A stretch of 64,000 nt of DNA from Candidatus Omnitrophota bacterium (GCA_044225175.1 JBGAJA010000002.1:600991-664990), one strand, 5' to 3'; positions 39,438 through 49,715 are shown, numbered from the stretch's first letter. The notes: generated by a model not told the origin, from the sequence alone. Numbers and translations are program-made.

Positions 39438-40196
39438 ATGTCAGGTCATTCAAAATGGGCAAAAATTAAACATAAAAAAGGCGCGGAAGATGCTAAACGC
39501 GGGATGGTATTTACTAAAGTAAGTAAAGAAGTCACAGCTGCAGCCAAAGAAGGCGGTGGTAATTCTGACACCAATTTTCGTTTAAGGGCTGCGATTGCTA
39601 AAGCTCGTGAATGCAATATGCCACAGGCTAATGTTGAAAATGCAATCAAAAAAGGTACTGGGGAATTGCCTGGTATCGTTTATGAAACAGTTATTTTTGA
39701 TGCGTACGGACCTGGTGGTGTTGCTATGTTAATCGAAGGGTTCACCGACAACAAGAATCGTACAACAGCAGAAATTAGAAACATGTTAGGCAAAAAAGGC
39801 GGATCATTAGCTGGCGCTGGTTCAACAGCATGGATGTTCACCAAGAAGGGTTATATTACAATTGATACAGCTAAAGCTTCTGAAGATGTGGTCATGGAAG
39901 CTGTTCTTGAAGCTGGTGCTGATGATATTAAGACAGAAGGCGATACGATTGAAGTTGTTTGTGATCCAACTGCCTTTGAAAAAGTTAAGGGCGCTTTGGA
40001 TGCTAAGAAGATTGAAACTGTTTCTGCAGAAGTTACCATGATTCCAAGCTCAACTGTGAAAGTTGAAGGCCCTGATGCAAAGAATGTGTTAGGTTTGATG
40101 GAAAACTTAGAAGAACATGAAGATATCACACACGTTCATGCTAACTTTGACATTTCAGATGAAGAAATGGCTAAATTGGCTGAGGAAGAAGAATAA
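39438..40196 (+). CDS. yebC: YebC/PmpR-family transcriptional regulator
   Basis: MSGHSKWAKIKHKKG...ANF is the YebC signature. It sits upstream of ruvC as usual. Confidence 0.9.
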   Translation: MSGHSKWAKIKHKKGAEDAKRGMVFTKVSKEVTAAAKEGGGNSDTNFRLRAAIAKARECNMPQANVENAIKKGTGELPGIVYETVIFDAYGPGGVAMLIEGFTDNKNRTTAEIRNMLGKKGGSLAGAGSTAWMFTKKGYITIDTAKASEDVVMEAVLEAGADDIKTEGDTIEVVCDPTAFEKVKGALDAKKIETVSAEVTMIPSSTVKVEGPDAKNVLGLMENLEEHEDITHVHANFDISDEEMAKLAEEEE

Positions 40197-40214
40197 AATT
40201 CCGAGGTACTTCTT

Positions 40215-40703
40215 GTGCGCATACTAGGCGTTGATCCTGGACTTCGTGCTACTGGGTTTGGACTGGTAGAAATAAAAGCAGGCAGCGGCATCAAGATTGT
40301 CGACGCGGGAAGCATTGAACCAAACGAAAAAGCTTTATTCGAACATCGTATTTCTAAAGTTTACGAATTATTATCAGGAATCATTAGTACACATAAACCT
40401 GATGTCCTTGTTCTTGAAAAGCTCTACGCACATTACAAACACCCCACCACAGCCTGCATTTTAGGCCATGTTCGTGGGGTGATTTGTTTATTGGCCCATC
40501 AGCACAAGGTTAAGCTTGAAGAGCAAAGTGTTAAACGTATTCGTCAGGCATTGGTGGGAAACGGAAATGCCACCAAAGTTCAAGTTCAGATGTTCGTCAA
40601 AAGGCTTCTTCATATTGAACAATCCGAGTTAACGTTAGACACCAGTGATGCTTTAGCACTTGCCTTAGGCCATGCACACATGCTGAAATTCAAATTGATA
40701 TGA
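40215..40703 (+). CDS. ruvC: Holliday junction resolvase RuvC
   Basis: RILGVDPGLRATGFG with catalytic acidic residues; 162 aa; GTG start. Confidence 0.9.
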   Translation: MRILGVDPGLRATGFGLVEIKAGSGIKIVDAGSIEPNEKALFEHRISKVYELLSGIISTHKPDVLVLEKLYAHYKHPTTACILGHVRGVICLLAHQHKVKLEEQSVKRIRQALVGNGNATKVQVQMFVKRLLHIEQSELTLDTSDALALALGHAHMLKFKLI

Positions 40704-41329
40704 TTGCATCCATTAAAGGTAAAATCGTTGAGTACTTAGAAAATACGGTCATATTAGAGGCCGGTGCTTTAAGTTATGAAGTTTTTGTGCCTGTTTCTGT
40801 TTTACAGCGTCTGCAAGAAAATCAAGATAGCGATGGCAATGTTCGTTTAATTACGTATCATTATTTACAGATATCCCCTGCAAGTGCTAATGAGATCTTA
40901 GTTGGTTTTTTAAACGAAGTTGAGCGTGATTTTTTCCTAGACTTTATCAAGGTTTCCGGAATTGGCCCAAGGGCTGCTGTCAAGGCTCTTAATAAATCGA
41001 TCGGTGAAATTGCACAGGCAATAGAGCGCTCCGATACTAAATACTTAAAGGGATTACCTGGCATTGGTGAGCAGAAAGCCAAAGAAATTGTTGCCAAGCT
41101 GCAAAGCAAAATGAGCAAATACACACTCATTCGCGATAAGGTGACAGAAGTAGCTCCAAAAAGAAACTCGTCAGATTTTGAGGAAGAAGCTCTTACGATT
41201 TTGTTACAATTACAGTATAAAAAGTCTGAAGCCGAAGACATGATTAAGAAAGCTTTAGATCGAAACAACAAGGTCACTACCTCAGAAGAACTTTTAAACG
41301 AAATCTATAACCAGAGGAAATCCAAGTAA
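40700..41329 (+). CDS. ruvA: Holliday junction branch-migration protein RuvA
   Basis: MIASIKGKI N-terminus, a helix-hairpin-helix region (VSGIGPRAAVKAL...LPGIGEQKAKEIV) and a C-terminal domain III. Confidence 0.85.
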   Translation: MIASIKGKIVEYLENTVILEAGALSYEVFVPVSVLQRLQENQDSDGNVRLITYHYLQISPASANEILVGFLNEVERDFFLDFIKVSGIGPRAAVKALNKSIGEIAQAIERSDTKYLKGLPGIGEQKAKEIVAKLQSKMSKYTLIRDKVTEVAPKRNSSDFEEEALTILLQLQYKKSEAEDMIKKALDRNNKVTTSEELLNEIYNQRKSK

Positions 41330-42036
41330 TGGACGAACAAATTCAACACTATAAAAGTCCTATCGAAGCTTTGTTATTTGTTAGCGACAAACCAATTGTT
41401 TTAGACCAATTTAAGACAGTCTTTCCTGAGCTTAAACCATCTCAAATCACTGAGATCGTTAAACAACTGCAAGAAGAATACGTGAGCCGCGACGCAGGAA
41501 TTGTTATTGTTGATATTGCAGGCGGATGGCAAATGCTCTCCAACAGCAATGCTGCAGGTGCTATCCGTGAATTCTATAAAACAAAGTCTAAAGAAAAGCT
41601 TTCTAGAGCATCCTTAGAATCTTTAGCCATCATCGCTTACAAACAGCCTGTCAGTCGTGGTGAGTTAGAGATTATCAGAGGTGTTAACTGTGATGGACCG
41701 GTGGCTCACCTATTAAATAAAGGTTTAATTGAGATTGTAGGGCGCAAGGAAGTTGCAGGTCGTCCGTTTATCTATGGAACGACCAAGGCTTTCATGGAAT
41801 ATTTTGGTTTAAAATCTTTAGAAGACCTGCCTAAATTAGAACAGTTATCTCAACTAGATCCAGAGCAGGGCGAAGTCATTGTTGCTGGAGGAAATGATAA
41901 AATTGATACAGCTTTAATGGAAGCTAGAAATGCCCAGCAAGAAGCTCAAGCGGTTGCTATCGAAGAAGCAGCTCAAGAAACAAGCGGACAATCAAGATTG
42001 GAAACTGTTCCAGAAGAACAAAACATATCGAGTTAA
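41329..42036 (+). CDS. scpB: Segregation and condensation protein B (ScpB)
   Basis: IEALLFVSDKPI...SRGELEIIRGVNCDGPVAHLLNKGLIEIVGRKEVAGRPFIYGTTKAFMEYFGL is the ScpB winged-helix pair. Confidence 0.8.
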   Translation: MDEQIQHYKSPIEALLFVSDKPIVLDQFKTVFPELKPSQITEIVKQLQEEYVSRDAGIVIVDIAGGWQMLSNSNAAGAIREFYKTKSKEKLSRASLESLAIIAYKQPVSRGELEIIRGVNCDGPVAHLLNKGLIEIVGRKEVAGRPFIYGTTKAFMEYFGLKSLEDLPKLEQLSQLDPEQGEVIVAGGNDKIDTALMEARNAQQEAQAVAIEEAAQETSGQSRLETVPEEQNISS

Positions 42037-42038
42037 TC

Positions 42039-43100
42039 ATGGATATTCAAGATCTAAGAAAAAAAATAGATGCTTTAGACTCTAAAATCGTAGAACTTCT
42101 TAATCAAAGAGCTCAAATTACCTTAGGCATTGGTCAGCAAAAGATTAAAAGCAAATCTTCGATCTATGCGCCTGCTCGTGAAAAACAAGTATTGGACCGT
42201 ATTAAGGCATTAAGCAAAGGCCCTTTAAACAAAGAAGCTCTTGAAGCCATTTATCGTGAGATTATGTCTGCTTCCTTAGCTCTTGAAAAACCCTTACGTA
42301 TTGCCTATTTAGGCCCTGAGGCAACATTTTCCCATTTAGCAGCTATTAAAAGATTTGGTTCTTCTGTTGAACACGTTTCTTGTGAAAATGTTTCAGAAAT
42401 TTTCAGTAAGGTCGAGCATGGGGATTGCGATTATGGCGTTGTTCCTATTGAAAATTCGATTGAAGGTGTTGTGACCCACACCATCGATTTGTTAGTTGAT
42501 TCAGAACTTAAGATTTGTTCTCAAATCCTTCTGGATGTTTCCCATAATCTTATGTCTAAAGGTGCTTTAACATCGATTAAGAAGATCTATTCTCATCCCC
42601 AAGTTTTCGGCCAATGCCGACAGTGGCTTCTAAAGAATATGCCTGGCGTTGCACTCATTGCCGTTGATTCAACAACCAAAGCAGCACAGATAGCTTCCAA
42701 AGAAAAGAATGCTGCATGTATTGCTTCTGAAATTGCAGCGTCATTGTATGGTCTTAATATTCTAAAGAAGAATATTCAAGACAGCGCACATAACATTACC
42801 CGTTTCTTAGTACTTTCTAATACAGACACACCAGCCACAGGTAAAGATCGTACCTCTTTGGTTTTTTCCATCAAAGATAAAGTGGGTGCTTTGCATGCCA
42901 TGTTAACCCCATTTTCTAAGAACAAGATTAATCTCACTAAGATTGAGTCTCGACCATCCAAGAAAAAGGCTTGGGATTATTACTTCTTTATTGACCTAGA
43001 AGGACATCAAGCCAGTCCTCACGTCAAGCGTGCTTTGAGCCAACTCGAAGGCATGTGCAAGTTCATGAAGATCCTTGGTTCTTATCCAATCGTTGAATAG
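42039..43100 (+). CDS. pheA: Bifunctional chorismate mutase / prephenate dehydratase (P-protein) with a C-terminal ACT domain
   Basis: CM region LRKKIDALDSKIVELLNQRAQI. PDT region LRIAYLGPEATFSHLAA...TRFLVLS. ACT region SLVFSIKDKVGALHAMLTPF. Confidence 0.85.
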   Translation: MDIQDLRKKIDALDSKIVELLNQRAQITLGIGQQKIKSKSSIYAPAREKQVLDRIKALSKGPLNKEALEAIYREIMSASLALEKPLRIAYLGPEATFSHLAAIKRFGSSVEHVSCENVSEIFSKVEHGDCDYGVVPIENSIEGVVTHTIDLLVDSELKICSQILLDVSHNLMSKGALTSIKKIYSHPQVFGQCRQWLLKNMPGVALIAVDSTTKAAQIASKEKNAACIASEIAASLYGLNILKKNIQDSAHNITRFLVLSNTDTPATGKDRTSLVFSIKDKVGALHAMLTPFSKNKINLTKIESRPSKKKAWDYYFFIDLEGHQASPHVKRALSQLEGMCKFMKILGSYPIVE

Positions 43101-43181
43101 TACTTTCAATATTTTTATTTGACAAACGCTAAGGCACCGGGTATAGTTGCGTCGTAGTAAATAAAGCGCAGAAGAGTCTTA

Positions 43182-43221
43182 AACCCGTAAAGTTAAGAAT
43201 CATGGCTTTACGGTTTTTTTG
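43182..43221 (+). terminator. Rho-independent terminator after pheA
   Basis: AACCCGTAAAG, a loop, CTTTACGGTT, then TTTTTTG. Confidence 0.6.
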
Positions 43222-43271
43222 TTTTGCCGTTATTTACTTACAATGTATAGGAAAAGGAGGTAGTAAATAAT

Positions 43272-43472
43272 ATGGCAAAAGGTACAGTAAAGTGGTTTTC
43301 CGATCAAAAAGGTTTCGGTTTCATTACTCCAGAGTCAGGTAAAGATGTATTTGTGCATCACAGTGCAATTCAAGGTGAGGGCTACAAATCATTAAGTGAA
43401 GGTCAAGCAGTTGAATTTGACATCACAACCGGTCCTAAAGGAGAACAAGCTCAAAACGTAGTAAAAGTTTAA
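43272..43472 (+). CDS. cspA: Cold-shock protein (CspA family)
   Basis: [30 protein letters not shown] covers RNP1 and RNP2. RBS AGGAGG. Confidence 0.9.
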   Translation: MAKGTVKWFSDQKGFGFITPESGKDVFVHHSAIQGEGYKSLSEGQAVEFDITTGPKGEQAQNVVKV

Positions 43473-43492
43473 GCTTTGAAAATCCAATCCAA

Positions 43493-43528
43493 AGGCCCAC
43501 GAAAGAAATTTCGTGGGCCTTTTCTTTT
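43493..43528 (+). terminator. Rho-independent terminator after cspA
   Basis: AGGCCCACGAAA, loop GAAA, TTTCGTGGGCCT, then TTTTCTTTT. Confidence 0.7.
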
Positions 43529-43621
43529 AATCATATCGCGATATCCTTCCGTTGACATCCAGGACATCTGCTCGTATAATGCCTCGTTTATAAATGGATA
43601 TATAAGAAGGATTTAAGTTAA

Positions 43622-44701
43622 GTGCAAGTAGCTAATAAGTTCATTTTTGACATCAACCCTTACATTCCGGGAAAGCCCATTGAAGAGGTTAAACGCGAGC
43701 TCAAGTTAAAGAGCGTGATTAAGCTTGCTTCCAATGAAAATCCCTATCCACCATCTCCTAAAGTCATATCTGCAATCCATAAAGCTGCTCGCGAAGTCAA
43801 TCGCTACCCTGATGGCGGTTGTTTTGTGCTTCGCCAAGCTTTAGCTAAACACCTCAAAGTTAATGAAAATCAGCTCATTTTTGGCAATGGTTCCGACGAG
43901 ATTATCGTATTGGCAGTCAAAGCTTTTGTGGCCAAAGGTGATGAGGTTGTGATTGCAAGACCATCATTTTTAATTTATGAAATAGCCTGTCGTTTGGCAG
44001 GGGCCAAGATCCATGAAGTCCCTTTAAAGAATTTCTGCTACGACCTAGAAGGGATTAAATCTAAGCTAAGTAAGAACACTAAGATTGTCTTTATTGGGAA
44101 CCCTGATAATCCAGCTGGAACATATATTAATGCCAAGCAAACGGAAGATTTTATGAAAGCTGTAAGTCCTGAAACTTTAGTCTTCTTTGATGAAGCTTAT
44201 TTTGAATATGTACATGCCAAAGATTATCCAGATACCTTAAAGTTTATGAAGAAGTATCCTAATATAATAACCACACGTACATTTTCTAAGATGTATGGCT
44301 TAGCTGGCCTTCGTGTTGGTTACGGGGTAGCGTCCCTTGAAATCATTGATATCCTCAACCGTTTACGTGAACCATTTAATGTTAATTCCTTAGCCCAGGT
44401 GGCTGCTGTGGCTGCGTTAGCTGATAAAAATTATTATCAGAAGATTGCTAAAGAAGTCGAAGTTCAGCGCAAATATATCTACAAGAGCCTTAAAACTCTT
44501 GGATTGAGGCATGAAGTTAGTCACACGAATTTTATTTTAATTAAAGTCGCACATGCTAGTGAGATTTCGAAAGGCCTTTTAAAAAAAGGTGTGATTATTC
44601 GAGATATGACCGTTTGGGGATTATCTGATTACATTCGAGTATCGATCGGCACAGCGAGTGAGAACAAACGATTGATCAAAACATTGGGGGATTTATTATG
44701 A
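43622..44701 (+). CDS. hisC: Histidinol-phosphate / aromatic aminotransferase (class II PLP enzyme, HisC family); in this context probably the Phe/Tyr aminotransferase
   Basis: LASNENPYPPSP, the FSKMYGLAGLRVGY PLP-lysine region, and NVNSLAQVAA. Confidence 0.75.
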   Translation: MQVANKFIFDINPYIPGKPIEEVKRELKLKSVIKLASNENPYPPSPKVISAIHKAAREVNRYPDGGCFVLRQALAKHLKVNENQLIFGNGSDEIIVLAVKAFVAKGDEVVIARPSFLIYEIACRLAGAKIHEVPLKNFCYDLEGIKSKLSKNTKIVFIGNPDNPAGTYINAKQTEDFMKAVSPETLVFFDEAYFEYVHAKDYPDTLKFMKKYPNIITTRTFSKMYGLAGLRVGYGVASLEIIDILNRLREPFNVNSLAQVAAVAALADKNYYQKIAKEVEVQRKYIYKSLKTLGLRHEVSHTNFILIKVAHASEISKGLLKKGVIIRDMTVWGLSDYIRVSIGTASENKRLIKTLGDLL

Positions 44702-45717
44702 TCGTGATTTTACGCCCGGATGCAACCGAGGCTCAAATTCAACACATTGTAGACAGAGCAACCAAGCTAGGACTTAAAAGTAATATTTCACGCGGTGTTG
44801 AACGCACTGTGATTGGTTTTATTGGGGCAGAAGATGCTCTTCGTGAAATTCCTTTAGAAGTCTTTCCTGGAGTAGATCAAGTTCTTCAAGTTCTAGCTCC
44901 TTACAAATTAGTTTCTCGCGAATTCAAAAAAGGCCAAGATACCATCATTAAATTACCATTTAATACAACGGTAGGCGGTAAGAAGATTGCTGTCATGGCA
45001 GGTCCTTGCTCGATTGAAAGCTATGAAGGAATGTTGTCTATTGCCAAGACGGTCAAGAAAATGGGAGGGAATATTCTTCGTGGAGGAGCATTCAAGCCTC
45101 GCACATCTCCTTATGATTTTCAAGGGCTTGGCGAAGAAGGTTTAAAAATTTTACAGCAAGTTGGAAAAGAAGTGGGGATTGTCACCATTTCAGAGGTTAT
45201 GGATACGCGCCAAGTGGAATTGGTTGCCAAGTATGTGGATGTTTTGCAAATTGGTGCGCGCAATATCCAGAACTTTTCTTTATTGAAAGAGGTAGGAGCT
45301 TGTAAGAAACCTGTTATGCTCAAACGAGGTATGTCCACATTTGTTAAAGAATGGCTGATGTCCGCTGAGTATTTATTGGCTCATGGTAATTTCGATGTCA
45401 TGCTTTGCGAACGTGGTATTCGTACATTTGAAACAGCTACTAGAAATACGTTAGATATTAATGCTGTTCCTGTTGCAAAGAAGCTGACTCATCTTCCAGT
45501 AATTGTAGATCCAAGTCATGGAACAGGAAGCTGGGAATATGTGGCTGCTGGTGCAAGAGCCGGAATTGCGGCTGGTTGTGATGGACTTATGATTGAAGTT
45601 CATGAAAATCCAGAAGAAGCTTTATCAGATGGCGCTCAATCGCTCATGCCAGATAAGTTCCAAGAATTAATGACCTCATGCAAACGTGTCGCTCAGGCTG
45701 TGGATCGAGATTTATAA
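44698..45717 (+). CDS. aroG: 3-deoxy-7-phosphoheptulonate (DAHP) synthase, type I-beta, with an N-terminal ferredoxin-like regulatory domain
   Basis: An N-terminal extension of about 75 aa, then AGPCSIESYEG...GGAFKPRTSPYDFQGLG...KRGMS...IVDPSHGTG (KDO8P/DAHP synthase fold). Confidence 0.8.
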   Translation: MIVILRPDATEAQIQHIVDRATKLGLKSNISRGVERTVIGFIGAEDALREIPLEVFPGVDQVLQVLAPYKLVSREFKKGQDTIIKLPFNTTVGGKKIAVMAGPCSIESYEGMLSIAKTVKKMGGNILRGGAFKPRTSPYDFQGLGEEGLKILQQVGKEVGIVTISEVMDTRQVELVAKYVDVLQIGARNIQNFSLLKEVGACKKPVMLKRGMSTFVKEWLMSAEYLLAHGNFDVMLCERGIRTFETATRNTLDINAVPVAKKLTHLPVIVDPSHGTGSWEYVAAGARAGIAAGCDGLMIEVHENPEEALSDGAQSLMPDKFQELMTSCKRVAQAVDRDL

Positions 45718-45731
45718 TCTAAGGAAAAAAC

Positions 45732-46604
45732 ATGTTCAATCGCAAACAATTGTTTCGTCGAGTAGCTATTGTAGGGCCAGGGTTGATGGGGGCATCATTA
45801 GGGCTTGCAATCAAAAAGAAAGGTTTGGCTGGCCAAGTTGTTGGTATTGGTCATCACGAAACTTCTTTAAGAGAAGCTGCGGATGTAGGAGCCATTGATG
45901 AGAGTTTTTTAGATTTCAAGAAAGGTATTATTGGAGCAGATCTCATTGTTTTGGCAACACCTGTCGGGGGAATCTTAGAGTCCTTAGAAACATTAAGTAA
46001 AGATCATCAACGTGGATGTATTATTACTGATATAGGAAGCACTAAATCAGCTATAGTTGAGAAAGCTGAAAAGATTTTGCCACATACTGCTCTTTTTGTT
46101 GGTTCTCATCCGTTAGTTGGTTCAGAAAAACAAGGGCCAACCTATGCTAATGCTGCTTTGTATGACAATGCTACATGCATTATGACTCCTACAGATAAAA
46201 CAAATCGTCTAGCTAAAGAGAAGATCAAGCATTTCTGGACTCAATTAGGAACACAGGTCAAAATGATGAGTCCTCAAGAACATGACGAGGCTTTAGGGTT
46301 CATTAGTCACTTGCCGCATGTGATTGCATTTAGTCTAATTAAAGCAATTCCAGATCAAATTTTAGAACTGGCACCTCAAGGATTAAGAGACACTACCCGC
46401 ATTGCATCCTCCGATGCCAAAGTATGGAGAGATATTACGTTATCCAATAGTAAAAATGTGCTTAAAGGTGTGGATGAAACAGTTAAAGTTCTAGCTGCCA
46501 TTCGCAAGGCAATTATTGCTTCAGACAAGCAGGGTTTAGAAGATATTTTTAAATCCGCTAAAACTAAACGTGAAAGTATTGAAGGTCGCCATGGAAAAAG
46601 TTAA
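45732..46604 (+). CDS. tyrA: Prephenate/arogenate dehydrogenase
   Basis: Rossmann motif VAIVGPGLMGASLGLAIKKKG, catalytic HPLVGSE, and a C-terminal dimerisation domain. Confidence 0.8.
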   Translation: MFNRKQLFRRVAIVGPGLMGASLGLAIKKKGLAGQVVGIGHHETSLREAADVGAIDESFLDFKKGIIGADLIVLATPVGGILESLETLSKDHQRGCIITDIGSTKSAIVEKAEKILPHTALFVGSHPLVGSEKQGPTYANAALYDNATCIMTPTDKTNRLAKEKIKHFWTQLGTQVKMMSPQEHDEALGFISHLPHVIAFSLIKAIPDQILELAPQGLRDTTRIASSDAKVWRDITLSNSKNVLKGVDETVKVLAAIRKAIIASDKQGLEDIFKSAKTKRESIEGRHGKS

Positions 46605-47262
46605 TCATTTAATCATCACTTTAGATGGGCCAGCGGGAGCTGGAAAAAGCACGGTAGCTAAAAGTTTATCTAAACGTCTGGGAATTACGTATTTAGATAC
46701 TGGGGCTATGTATCGAGCGCTCACGCTTAAAGCTCTTCGTCAGAAGATCAATCTTGAAGATGAAGAAGCTTTAACTAATTTGGCTCAACATACCGTGATT
46801 GATTATAAAGAAATGCCTGATGGTTCTCTTAATGTCACCTTGGATGGTCAGGATGTTTCTAAAGAGATTCGAAGCTTAGATGTGACAAACAATACTTTTT
46901 ATGCAGCAAAGACCGCGGGTGTTAGAGAAATTATGGTCAAATGGCAAAGAGAAATTGGTTACAAACGTTCTTTGGTGACAGATGGCCGGGATCAAGGAAC
47001 TATTGTCTTTCCAGATGCAAATTATAAATTTTACATCGATGCGAATATTGAGGAGAGAGCCAGACGTAGATTGAAAGAACTCCAAGAAGCAGGTAAGCAA
47101 ATGGATATTGCTCAGATGAAGAAAGAAATTCAAGAGCGAGATAACAAAGATTTAACTAGAAGTGTGGGTCCCTTAAAGAAAGCAGATGATGCGATTGTGA
47201 TTGATTCAACAGGCATGACCATTGAAGATAATGTTGATGCAATCATGAAGCATATTAAGTAA
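46570..47262 (+). CDS. cmk: Cytidylate kinase
   Basis: ITLDGPAGAGKSTVAK...YLDTGAMYRA. Confidence 0.9.
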   Translation: MKVLKVAMEKVNHLIITLDGPAGAGKSTVAKSLSKRLGITYLDTGAMYRALTLKALRQKINLEDEEALTNLAQHTVIDYKEMPDGSLNVTLDGQDVSKEIRSLDVTNNTFYAAKTAGVREIMVKWQREIGYKRSLVTDGRDQGTIVFPDANYKFYIDANIEERARRRLKELQEAGKQMDIAQMKKEIQERDNKDLTRSVGPLKKADDAIVIDSTGMTIEDNVDAIMKHIK

Positions 47263-49053
47263 ATGAATACCTCAAACATTCGAAATTTCTCTATCATAGC
47301 TCATATTGACCATGGAAAAAGCACCTTAGCTGACAGGCTTATGTTGCATGCAGGTGCCATTGAAGAGCGTAAATTCAAGAATCAAATGCTAGATGATATG
47401 GACCTCGAGCGTGAACGAGGAATTACCATCAAAGCTTCCGCAGTACGTTTGAACTACAAGGCCAAAGACGGAAAAGATTACATATTAAATTTGATCGACA
47501 CTCCAGGCCACGTGGATTTTTCCTATGAAGTTGAGAAGTCATTACGTGCATGCGAAGGAGCCTTGCTTTTAATTGATGTCACTCAAGGTGTTGAGTCTCA
47601 GACGATTGCTAATTATTATTTAGCTATCGACAGTAATCTTGAAATCTTACCTGTTATTAACAAAATTGATATTGCAAATGCCGATATTGATGAAGCCAAA
47701 CGCCAATTCAGAGAAGTTCTCAAGTTTAAAGAAGAAGACATCCAACTTGTCTCTGCCAAAGAAGGTATTAATATTGACGGGTTGCTTGAGAAAATAGTGG
47801 CTTTTATTCCGCCTCCTGAGATTACGACCAATGCTCCTTTAAAAGCACTGATCTTTGATATGAAATATGACATTTATAAAGGAATCATTATTTATATCCG
47901 TCTTTTTGATGGCATGATCAAGCCGGATATGAAGATTCGTTTCATGAATGTGAATAAAGATTTTGTTGTTCAAGAGGTTGGAATTTTTGCTCCTGATATT
48001 CAAAAAATGAAGACTCTTTCTGCAGGCGAAGTAGGCTACATCACATGTAATTTGCACGATCCTAAGGAGGTTCGTGTGGGTGACACAATTACTGAGGTTG
48101 CAAATCCAACTGCACAGCCTTTAGAAGGTTATCGACAATTAAAACCATTTGTGTTTTGTGGTGTTTATCCAGTGAATGCTGGAGATTATGCTTCTATGAG
48201 AGAGGCTATGGATAAGCTGCATTTATCTGATCCTAGCTTTGTGTATGAACATGAAACATCTCAATCGTTTGGCCATGGATTTCGCTGCGGATTCTTAGGA
48301 CTTTTGCATATGGAAATTGTCCAAGAACGCTTAGAGCGTGAGTATGATTTGAATCTAATCTTAACGACACCCAACGTCGGTTATAAAGTTGTCATGCGAA
48401 GTGGAGATGTAATTGAATTAGAAAATCCTTCTGAGCTTCCAACAGGTGCAGATGTATTACGTATTGAAGAGCCAATTCTTGCTGTTTCTATTTTTACACC
48501 AGTCACCTTTATGGATCAAGTGATGGAGCTTTCCAAACGCAAGCGTGGGATTTATCAGAAGAGTGAATTTATTGGGGATCGCATGAAGATTATTTTTGAC
48601 ATCCCTCTTTCTGAAGTAATTGTAGATTTCAATGATCAAATTAAATCAGCTACTCGTGGTTATGGTTCAATTGACTACGACTTTAAGGAATACTCACCCG
48701 CTCAAATTACTAAGATGGATATTCTAATCAATGATGATCCGTGCGATGCGTTTTCTTGTATGGTCCATAAAGACCGCGCTTATGACAAAGGTCTAGCGTT
48801 GGTCAGTAAGCTCAAAGATTTAATTCCTCAGCAGCTTTTTGAGATTCGTATTCAAGCAACCGCAGATGGCAGAATCATTTCTTCTGCACGTATTAAATCA
48901 ACTGGAAAGAATGTCACAGCCAAATGCTATGGTGGGGATATTTCACGTAAAAGAAAACTGTGGGAGAAGCAAAAGGAAGGTAAAAAGAAGCTCAAACAAA
49001 TCGGGAGAGTGGAGGTCCCACAAGAGGCATTCTTAGCTGCTCTTAAAATTTAA
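47263..49053 (+). CDS. lepA: Elongation factor 4 (LepA)
   Basis: IRNFSIIAHIDHGKSTLADRL G-domain, DTPGHVDF, the LepA-specific C-terminal domain. Confidence 0.95.
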   Translation: MNTSNIRNFSIIAHIDHGKSTLADRLMLHAGAIEERKFKNQMLDDMDLERERGITIKASAVRLNYKAKDGKDYILNLIDTPGHVDFSYEVEKSLRACEGALLLIDVTQGVESQTIANYYLAIDSNLEILPVINKIDIANADIDEAKRQFREVLKFKEEDIQLVSAKEGINIDGLLEKIVAFIPPPEITTNAPLKALIFDMKYDIYKGIIIYIRLFDGMIKPDMKIRFMNVNKDFVVQEVGIFAPDIQKMKTLSAGEVGYITCNLHDPKEVRVGDTITEVANPTAQPLEGYRQLKPFVFCGVYPVNAGDYASMREAMDKLHLSDPSFVYEHETSQSFGHGFRCGFLGLLHMEIVQERLEREYDLNLILTTPNVGYKVVMRSGDVIELENPSELPTGADVLRIEEPILAVSIFTPVTFMDQVMELSKRKRGIYQKSEFIGDRMKIIFDIPLSEVIVDFNDQIKSATRGYGSIDYDFKEYSPAQITKMDILINDDPCDAFSCMVHKDRAYDKGLALVSKLKDLIPQQLFEIRIQATADGRIISSARIKSTGKNVTAKCYGGDISRKRKLWEKQKEGKKKLKQIGRVEVPQEAFLAALKI

Positions 49054-49055
49054 AT

Positions 49056-49715
49056 ATGACAAAAAGACAAAATAAGTCCCAATTACGAGAATGGATTGAA
49101 TCCATTGTCATAGCTTTAGTATTAGCTGTTTTTATTCGCACTTATTTCGTTCAGCCCTTTAAGATTCCTAGTGGTTCTATGCGTATGACCCTTGTAGAAG
49201 GGGATCATTTATTTGTCAATAAACTGCGCTATGGGCCTATTCTCCTGCCAGAATTACATGCGCCGGATTTTTTAAGACAATGGATGGGGCCAAATTTTGA
49301 TATTCAATGGCCGGATGCTTTGAAGCCATTTGCCAATGTTCGTCTTCCTGGATTTGGTCATCCCAAAAGAGGAGATATTGTCGTGTTTGTTTTTCCTCAA
49401 GACCGTACTAAAGATTTCATTAAACGTTTAATCGGATTGCCTGGCGATCAAATTCAAATTAAAGATGGAACTATATTCATTAATGGAGAAGCTTTCTCGG
49501 ATCCTAAGATTAAAAATATTTATTATTATAATCGAGGAGATTATGGGCAAGAAGGTGCAACCATAACGGTTCCTCCAGGACATTATTTTATGATGGGAGA
49601 CAATAGCGGATCAAGTTATGATAGCCGTTATTGGGGCTTTGTAAAAGAAAGCGACATTATAGGTAAAGCTGATCTGTTATTTTTTCCATTGGATCGTATT
49701 CGTTTAATTAAATGA
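49056..49715 (+). CDS. lepB: Signal peptidase I (S26 family)
   Basis: IPSGSM (catalytic Ser), KRLIGLPGD (Lys), GDNSGSSYDSRYWGFV. Confidence 0.85.
   Translation: MTKRQNKSQLREWIESIVIALVLAVFIRTYFVQPFKIPSGSMRMTLVEGDHLFVNKLRYGPILLPELHAPDFLRQWMGPNFDIQWPDALKPFANVRLPGFGHPKRGDIVVFVFPQDRTKDFIKRLIGLPGDQIQIKDGTIFINGEAFSDPKIKNIYYYNRGDYGQEGATITVPPGHYFMMGDNSGSSYDSRYWGFVKESDIIGKADLLFFPLDRIRLIK

Noticed and set aside
45686-45898. 70-aa ORF bridging the DAHP synthase and tyrA
   Set aside because: It overlaps two well-supported genes in another frame.
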